From Ministeria vibrans ATCC 50519 (Eukaryota > Protista > Filasterea), in contig CALSCP010002169.1 of assembly GCA_943704425.1 (NCBI GenBank), positions 1 to 33,418 of the forward strand: a DNA stretch of 33,418 nt, given 5' to 3'. This document shows positions 11,401 through 21,500 of this stretch, one piece after another. Numbering within the stretch: position 1 is the stretch's first letter; every line of letters starts with the position of its first letter. A program made the position numbers and the translations under genes. Below the pieces are notes generated by a model, which was not told where the DNA came from, searched no databases, and saw only the letters and a program-made list of their open reading frames with translations.

Positions 11401-14400
11401 CACGAGTAGCCATTCACGGCGTCCGTACACGTCGCGCCATTTGTACACGGACTCGAGGCACACTCGTCAATGTTCTCGGCACACGTCGCTCCCGAGTAGC
11501 CCGCGGCGCACACACACGCGGCACTCGTCGTAAAAACACAAGTTGCCCCATTCGAACACTGGCTCGGGTTCGACACGCACGTGTCCACCAGCGTACACGT
11601 TTCACCACCAAAGCCAACGGTGCACGCACACGTAAAGCCCGCCGCACCACCCGTCTGCTCGGAACACACACCGTTGTTGGCGCACGGCGACGACGCGCAC
11701 TCATCGACGTTCGCCTCGCACTGCGTTCCCGTGCGCCCTGATACACACGCGCACGAAAAGCCGCCGACATTGTTGGAGCAGGTGCCGCCATTGGCACACG
11801 GTGTTGAGGCACACTCGTCAACGTCCGAGTCGCACAGCGTGCCCGCAAAGCCCACGGCACAGTCGCAGCTGAAACCATCGGTGGCATCAGTACACGTCGC
11901 ACCGTTGGAGCAGGGACTCGACACACACTCATCCTCATTCGACTCGCATACGACCCCCGTAAATCCGCTTGCGCACGTGCACACAAACTCGTCAACACTG
12001 GTTCCCTCAGCACACGAGCCACCATTCAAGCAGGGACTCGAGTCGCACTCGGCAACTTCCGCCGTGCACGTTGCACCGGTATAGCCGGCAGCACACACAC
12101 ACGAGAAGCCATCGACTGCGTCGCTGCAAGTGGCGCCATTCAGACAAGGCGACGACACGCACTCGTCCACATTAGCAGCGCACGTTTCCCCGCTGAACCC
12201 CGACGCACACACACACGTGAACGACGCCGTCCCAAAACCATGGCTGCAAGTTGCCCCGTTGCCACACGGCGACGACGTACACTCATCAAAGTCCTGGGTG
12301 CAGTCTGTACCGGCGAATCCAGCGGGACACACACAGACAAAGGCGTTCGCAGTGGGCGTCGTGCATGTTGATGCAGTCGAGCACGGACTCGACGCGCACT
12401 CGTCAATGTCGGACTCACAACGTGGCCCAGTAAAACCCGACGCACACACACAACTAAATAGATTGACCGTCGCTGCCTCGTTGACGCACGTCGCACCATT
12501 GCCACACGGGCTCGACGTGCACTCGTCAAAGTCCTGCGCGCATGTCTCGCCAGAGTAGCCGGTGGCACACGTGCATACAAACTGACCCAGTGCGCCTTCG
12601 GCACACGTACCTGCATTCTCACACGGCATCGACGCACACTCGTCCATGTCCGACGCACACAGATCGCCCGTGTTGCCCGCCACGCAGGCACAGGTAAAGC
12701 CATCTACTCCATCCTCACAAGTGGCGCCATTCAAACAGGGCGTCGACACACACTCGTCAATATTCTCCTCACACGTGTCACCCGAAAACCCCGAGGCACA
12801 CGCACACGCAAACGCAAACGGCTGTGCCGCCTGCGTCGTGCAACTCGCCCCATTGTCACACGGACTCGACGCGCACTCATCGACGTCCGACTCGCATGTG
12901 ACACCAGTGTAGCCAGCGGAACACGTACAGGCGAAGCCATCAATGAGCGACTCGACACACGAACCGCCATTGGCACACGGCTGCGAAGTACACTCGTCAA
13001 TGTCCGTCTGACACTTGGATCCCGTGTAGCCCGCAGCACACACACAGTTGACCACGGGCGGTGCACCCTCCACGCATGACGCCCCATTCAGACACGGATT
13101 CGAGCTACACTCGTCAAAGTCCGACTCGCAAAAGTGACCCGTGTAGCCCGGCTTGCATAGACACAAGTGTGATCCGGGCTGCGCCGTATTCTCCAGACAA
13201 AACCCACCATTGGAACAGGGCGACGACGCACACTCAATCGTCTCCGACTCACACACAGGACCCGTAAAGCCCACTGGACAATCACATGTGTAGCCGCCGC
13301 TGACACCATTGAAACACACGGCACCCGGTGAAACACACGGCGAAGAAGCACACTGCAAGTAAAATTTTAATGCAATAATAACTCGAAAAAAGAAAAAGAA
13401 AATTAAAACACACACACACACACATACACACACAACAATTCACGTACCTCGTCAATGTCAGTTTCACACGAATCCCCGGTATATCCAATAACGCAGGTAC
13501 ACACAAAAAAGCCAATGGATCCCTCGGAGCACGTCGCACCATTGTCACAGGGAAACGACGCACACTCGTCCACATCCGACTCGCAGTGGTCGCCCGTGTA
13601 GCCCGACACGCACAAACACACAAAGAGATTCGATGACGTGCCTTGAGTGCACGTCGCGCCGTTGGAGCAGGGGCTGGACGCACACTCGTCAATGTCTGTC
13701 TGACAGTCGACACCAAAGAACCCATCGGCACAGTCACAGGTGTAAACATCAATTGCGTCCGTGCACGTTGCACCATTGGCACACGGCGCCGACGCACACT
13801 CGTCAATGTCCGACGCGCAATCATCACCGGTGTAACCGGCCACACACGCACACGTATAGCCATTAACCGCGTCCGTGCAGGTGCCACCGTTGGCGCACGG
13901 AAGCGAAGCGCATTCGTCAATGTTCGACTCGCACACAACACCCCCATAGCCGGCGACACAGTCGCACGCGTAGCTTGCCGCGCCGTCGACACATGTCGCA
14001 CCGTTGAGACAAGGTTGCGAGAGACACTCGTCCTCGTTCGATTCACACTCGCTGCCAGTGAACCCCGTGGGACACAGACAAGTGTGTATGGCGGGCACAC
14101 CTGGCCCATGTCCAATGCGCAAGACGGGACGATGGTTGACATTGGTCTGGGGCAACGCCGACATGCTACACACTGGACCGCTCGAGGCGTCATCGCTGTA
14201 GCGCACACGCTGGCGTACAAAGCCCAGTGACACGGTGGTGGTCACACGCGAACTGGTGCCGGTTGCAGAGTCCTCGTGGCACGAACCAATCAGCAAATTC
14301 GACGACCCATCCCACCAAAGAGGCTGCGAAAAACCAATAGTTGTCCACCCAAGCTGCGGTGTATACGATCCACGATGCACCTCAATGGCACCCATCTCGT

Positions 14401-14737
14401 CGACAAACCCCTCCGTCAGATTCGCCACTGTCGAACTCTGCCACACACGCAGCTGCAAGTCCTCAATAGTCGAGCCCAACTCGGTCACAAGCATTTGAAT
14501 AGCGCCAATGCGCGCCCCCGCACTCAAACCAATTCCTGCAAGCTCACTGCCCAACACCAGCATCTGGTCGCGATACTTGAGCTCCGCCCGTCGCAACATA
14601 GTAAAGTCCACCGAATTGACGGTCACGCCCGGCGTAAGCTCGGCAAACGACAGCGTCGACACATCCGGCGGAACCACACACGATCCGCCGTTCAAACACG
14701 GTGAGCTGGCGCACTATAAATCAAAATAGTAATGATA

Positions 14738-14775
<38 letters not shown>

Positions 14776-17700
14776 AATACAAACGATTATATTGCGTATT
14801 AATATCATTCATAATAGTTTTTTTTTCAAATTACCTCATCGATATCTGTCTCACATTCGGTGCCTCCAAATCCATCGGCACACTGACACGAGTAAGATGC
14901 AACCTGGTCAAAACATGTAGCGCCGTTGGTGCAGGGACTCGAGAGACACTCGTCCACATTGGACTCGCACAGGGCACCAGTGAAGCCCTCGGCACAAGTA
15001 CATGTAAACATGCCCACTTCGTCGACACAGGTCGCACCATTGGTGCACGGCTGACTGGAACACTCGGTAATTTCGTCGGCACACGTCACGCCGGTGAAGC
15101 CTTCGGCACAGGTGCACACAAATGAGACAATCCCGTCGGTACACGAGGCACCATTGGCACAGGCGTCAACACAATCGTCGACGTTGGTCTCGCAGTTTAC
15201 GCCGGAGAAGCCCACGCGACACAGGCATTGGTACACATCGGCGCTAGACGGTGGTTCAAAACATGTGCCTTGGTTGAAACACGGTGACGAGGCGCACTCG
15301 GCAATATTCGATTCACAATTGACACCGGTAAAACCTGCTATGCAGGTGCAGTCGTAGCCCATGCCGCCGGCCCCGGAGCCTTGCAGGACACACGTTGCGC
15401 CGTTGGCGCAGGGTGTCGAGTCGCACTCGTCGAGAGACGTCTCACACAGAGTGCCCGTGCGCAAGTCAGCACATGTACAGGTAAACTCTCCCGGGGTCAT
15501 GCTGTTGGTACAGGTGCTGCCGCTCTGGCATGGTTGTGCCGCACACTCGTCAATGTCAAACTGACAGTTGATTCCATTGAAGCCTGTCGCACACACACAT
15601 TCAAAAGAGGCAATGCCGTCAATGCACGACGCACCATTCAGACAGGGCGTGGCGGCACAGTCGTCCACGTTCGTCTCGCAATTGACTCCCGTAAATCCAG
15701 GGGCACAGCGGCACGCAAATGAGTCAATTACCGACTTGCCCAGCTCCACTTGGACGTTGGGACCAAAGCGACCCCACGTCGCGGAAGATGAACTGTACAC
15801 ACAACCAATAGAGCCGGTGGGATCCGGGAACTCAATGGAACTGCCCACATTGGTGTTGCACAGGAGTCGCTGGCTGAAGGCAACTTGGTCGACAAACGAC
15901 GCTTGGTCCGCCTCGAAGACATACAAATCTTGGGTTCCAGTACCCGCATACAGTGCCGCCAGTGCGTACTCGGTCGATGGCGCAAGCGAGACAGGCGAGC
16001 CCAGCGAGAGCCATCGAAACCCATTGGCGCCCACAGGGCTCGCTGTGGTCACAGTGCCCGATGCCATGAGAGAGCCATCGGACAGGCGCCACAGACCAAC
16101 CGAGTGCGAAGCGGCAAGGCCATCTGAATTGAGATCGTAGAATCCAAGCGCGGTCACACTGGTCACGGTGGTCGCATCCGTAGTAAAGGTCCATCCCGCA
16201 ATGGCATTGCCTCCCGCGCCCGTATTGACACCGCTCGACGGATTGAAGGTGAATGTCTCGAGCAACGCTGTGGGTGGGAAAAGACCATCGGAGCACACGG
16301 CACCATTGGTGCAGGGTGAACTCGTACACTCGTCAATGTCCGACTCACACTGAACTCCCGTGTAACCCGCATCACAGGTACACTCGAAAAAGTTCGATTG
16401 TGACCCCTGACTACATGTCGCGCCATTGGCACACGGGTTCGACGCGCACTCGTCCACGTCCGCACTACAGTCTTCATCTGTGAACCCCGCCGGGCACGCA
16501 CACTCCCACAAATCAGGCGCACTTCCCTGCGAGCAAACTCCTCCATTGGTGCAGGGTGATGAGACGCACTAAAATGATTAAAATAATATAAAAATTAATA
16601 ATAATAATAATTATTATTATTATTATAATAATAATATTATTATTATTAATTTTTTATTATTATTATTATTATTTTAAATAATAATAATAATTATTATTAT
16701 TATTATTATATTTTCGTGATTATTATTATTTTTTTTTGCTTTGTTACCTCATCAATGTCAGTAGCACAACTATCGCCTGTAAAACCAGCAGGACAATCAC
16801 ACACCCACAGATCCATGGAGTTCCCTTGCGAGCAGGTTCCACCGTTGGTGCAGGGACTCGACATACACTCGTCCAAGTCCGACTCGCACGCGTCGCCTGT
16901 GGTCCCCGCAGCACACACACAGGACCATTTTGAGTTGAAGACGGCAACATTGACAAACGAAATGACGCACGAGGCACCATTGGCACACGGATTTGACTCG
17001 CACGCATCAAAATTCTCACAGTGCGTGCCGGTGAACTCGTTCAAACAGCTGCACTCGTAACTATCCACACCATCACTGCACGTTCCGCCATTCTCACACG
17101 GCAACGAAGCGCACTCGTCAATCTCCGTCTCGCAGTCCACACCGGTGTAACCGCTCTGGCAAATACACTCATACAAATCGGGCAAATTGCCCTGGGTGCA
17201 TGTAGCGCCGTTGCGACAGGGAGTCGAGTCGCACTCGACAATGTCCATCTCACATGCGACGCCAGTAAATCCAGGAGGGCAAGAACAATCCCACAAATCA
17301 GCCTGACTACCCTCAAAACAGACGCCGCCATTGGTGCATGGCGACGACGCACACTCGTCAATATCCGACTCGCATTGCTCGCCGGTAAACCCATCAACAC
17401 AGTCACACTCAAAAAAGTTTGGCGTGTTTCCCTGTGCGCACGTTCCGCCATTGCTGCAAGGTGACGACACACACTCGTCCACGTCTGTGCCACACGCTGC
17501 ATCAGTAAACCCCGCAGCGCACATGCAACTGTAATCATTGGCGCCGTCCACACACGTTCCGCCGTTGGTGCACGGCGACGAAGCACACTCGTCGTCGTTT
17601 GCTTCGCATTGTATACCACTAAATCCATCTGCACACGTACATCCAAAACCATCAACTTGGTCGGCACACGTAGCACCATTGGAGCATGGCAAGGACTCAC

Positions 17701-18526
17701 ACTAGGAGGAAACAATGATAATGTAACTGTCAGAAAACGATCGATCATAAATTTCGCGCACAAAACTCACCTCGTCCACATCAGATTCGCAAATGGCCCC
17801 AGTGAATCCCGAATGACAGGCACACGTAAAACCATCAACAGCGTCGGTGCATGTTGCGGCATTGGCACATGGCAACGAAGCACACTCGTCCACGTCCGAT
17901 TCGCACTGAGTACCCGTGAAACCCGACGCACAGTCGCACGTCCAAAGATCGGGCGATGACCCTTGAGTGCAAGTGGCGCCGTTGGAGCACGGCAACGAAG
18001 CACACTCGTCAATGTCGGACTCACACATATCACCGGTAAACCCGGCGGGACAGGCACAGGACCAGGCTGTGTTGAAGGGTGTCGTGGTAGCGATGGGCGA
18101 CAGCGTACAACTTCCACCATTGTTGCAGGGCGACGACTCACAACCGTCAAACGTTTCGCATTGGGTCCCAACAAACTCGGACACACATGTGCACATGTAG
18201 CCATCGACTGTGTCCGTACACGTGCCACCATTCAGACAGGGCACAGACACACACTCGTCAATGTCCGACTCGCACAGGATACCGGTAAACCCACTTGTGC
18301 ATGCACACTGGAACTGATCCACTCCCACCTGAGGCTCGCTGCACGTTCCACCATTAGAGCAAGGAGAAGACTCGCACTAAGCAAAGTACAAAAAATGAGA
18401 TTCTGAGAAGAATTCGAAGCAGAACATGATAATAATATTATTATTATTATCAGAAAATAGGGATAATTTAATGACACTCAAGGAAACTATCAAGTTCGTA
18501 TCAGCTTGTGTAAACTTTTCACTTCA

Positions 18527-18599
<73 letters not shown>

Positions 18600-21500
18600 T
18601 TTCTCTTTCTTTTCTTATTTTTTTGCATTAGCATACCTCGTTAATGTCAACCTCACACCCAATTCCGGTGTAGCCTGCGGGACAAATGCAATAGAACAGA
18701 CCAAATTCCTCCGTACCAAACGCATACTTAAAGTTGGGGCCAAAATATCCTGCGTCATTGGTCGTCATGAGCGTGTAGGTGCACGCGAGAGAACCGTCAT
18801 GGGGATCGGGGAAGACCAAGTTGGAGGAAGGCACATTGACGGAGGTGCACTCGACCTTGTTCACAAAGCTAATATCATCCGTCGCCGCCTGCACCGAGCT
18901 AGTGGTCGCCACGGCACGATCCGCAAGGCCTCCGGAGGAAAACAGCGCAGCAATCACATAGGTGGTACCCACCTCGAGGGTAACGTTGGCAGTCAATTCA
19001 CTGTAGCGAAAATGGTCCTCAAGAGCGTGGGCTGTACCACCAGATACTGTTACCGACACCACCAGGGTGCCCGAGTCGGTCCACACGCCAATTTCATGCG
19101 AGGCAGCAAGACCGTCGTCAAGATGATCAAACAGACCCAAATCAGTGAGACGCACGCCCACCGAGCTTGGTGTAAACGTCCATCCAAGCAGACGATTCTC
19201 GGGGGTGTTGGCGGGTGCCTCACTAAAGACAAATGACTCGACGGCAAGGAAGGGGCCACGTTGACCCGAGTCGCATGTGCCTCCATTTGCACAGGGACTG
19301 CTGTAGCAACCAGTGATGAGCGACTGGCACAAGGTGCCCGTGTATTCAATGCCACAGTCGCACGTGAATCCATCCACTGCGTCCTGGCAGGCGCCACCAT
19401 TCTGGCAGGGCGACGACGCGCATTCGTTCTGGTCGTTATCACACCGTAATCCAACAAACCCATCGACACAGGCGCACTCAAAGTAGTTGGGCTGCGACCC
19501 TTGCGAACAGGTGGCGCCGTTCTCACATGGAGAACTCGCACACTCGTCAATATCTACCTCACATTGTGTCCCAGTAAATCCACTCGCACACGTACACGCG
19601 TACACATTAGCATTTGGTTCGGTACACAATGCACCATTGCTACACGGTGACGAAGCGCACTAAGACACAGAATAAGAATAATTAATAAAAAAAAACGCAT
19701 TGAGAACATTTGGCGCAAACAAAGTAAAATTTGTTTTGCTTTTTTGTTTTGGGAAATTTTTTGTGCGTACTTCGTCAATGTCAACTTCACAGTGAGTAGA
19801 GGTAAAGCCAGGGAGACAGGTGCACGAATAGCCATCAATGGCCTCGAGACACACACCGCCATTGGCACAGGGACTGGAGGCGCACTCGTTTACTTCGGTG
19901 GAACAAATTGTGTCGGTGTAGCCCGAGGGGCACGCGCAGGTAAACCCATCGACTGCGTCGGTGCATGTGCCACCGTTGACACACGGTAGGGACACACACT
20001 CGTTGTCGTCGTCGGTGCACAAGGTGTTGCTAAAGCCCGATGCGCAGGTGCACGTGAAGCTGTCCACACCGTCAACGCATGTGGCACCGTTGACACAAGG
20101 ACTGGAGTCACACTCGTCGAGTTCCGACTCGCACAACGTATTGGTGTATCCCGACTCACATGTACATTGAAATCCATCAATGTCATCGACACAGGTAGCC
20201 CCGTTGGCGCATGGTGACGAAGCGCACTCGTCGATGTTGGTCTCGCAGATGGAGCCAGTGAATCCGTCGAGGCACACGCATGCATAGAGACCAAAACCGT
20301 GCACACACACACCATTATTAACGCACGGCGACGAGGCACACTCATCAATGTCCGACTCGCACAAAGTCCCGCTGAATCCAAGCGCGCACACACACGAAAA
20401 TTCATCGGGGGACGCGCCAGACTGAGAGCAAGTCGCACCATTGACACAAGGGCTGCTTGAGCACTCGTCAATGTCCGACTCACACAGCGTCCCAACAAAG
20501 CCCAAAGAACAATCGCAGGTGTAGCCAGCAATTTGGTCGTTACAGGTACCACCATTGCTACAGGGCAACGATGCACACTCGTCAATGTCCGACTGGCACT
20601 GAATGCCAGCGTAGCCAGCTGCACACTGACACACAAATCCGTTGACCTGGTCGACACAGGTGGCGCCGTTCATGCATGGTGTCGAATTGCACTCGGCCGT
20701 ATTGGTAGCGCACACACTCCCGGCAAAACCATCCACACATGTGCAGGTGAATTCATTGTCGCTGTCGACGCATGTGCCGCCATTCTGGCAGGGGTTGCTC
20801 GAACACTCGTCAATGTTTGTTTCGCACGCTACGCCCGTGAACCCGGCGTGACAGATGCAAGTGTGCAACCCAACGCCGTCCACACATGTGGCACTGTTGG
20901 CACACGGTGCTGAGAGACAATCGTTAATGTTTGTCTCGCAGGTGACGCCGGTAAAGCCTGACGGACAATCGCACTCAAAAGCGTCGGGCATATTGGCTGT
21001 CACGCCAAACTGCACAACAGGTCGCAAATTGGGGCCGGACGCGCCAAATGCAACCATATTACATGCGGTAGGAGAGACATCGTCACTATTTTTGAGGGCC
21101 TGAGCTCGAAACGCAACATTGACATCGACAGTGATGGGCGAATCGACGCCTGTAGTGGCAGACTCGTGACACAGTGACACGAGCAGATTGGAGGTACCGT
21201 CCCACACAATGAGCGTGCTGAAATCAAGCTGTGTCCAGCCTAGCTGGGGCGTCACCGTGCCCGTGTATACCTGGGTGGCCGTCGTGTCGTCTACAAAGCC
21301 AGCGCTAAGCTCGGCAATGGTCGTGGCGAGGATGCCCATGTTAAAGTTGGGCACAGTTGAGCCGACACCCGTCACAAAAAAAGAGAGCGAGCCAAGACGG
21401 TCGCCACTTGCAAGGCCAAAGGCAGTGAGTTCGCTGGCGAGCACAAGCAACTGACTGCGGTGCTTTAGAAGCGACCTCTTGAAAGGCGAAAAGTCCGCAA

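Noticed and set aside
16575-16730. Hairpin or ncRNA formed by alternating (AAT)n/(ATT)n tracts
   Set aside because: Self-complementarity is a trivial result of simple repeats, and similar tracts occur in other introns and intergenic DNA here.
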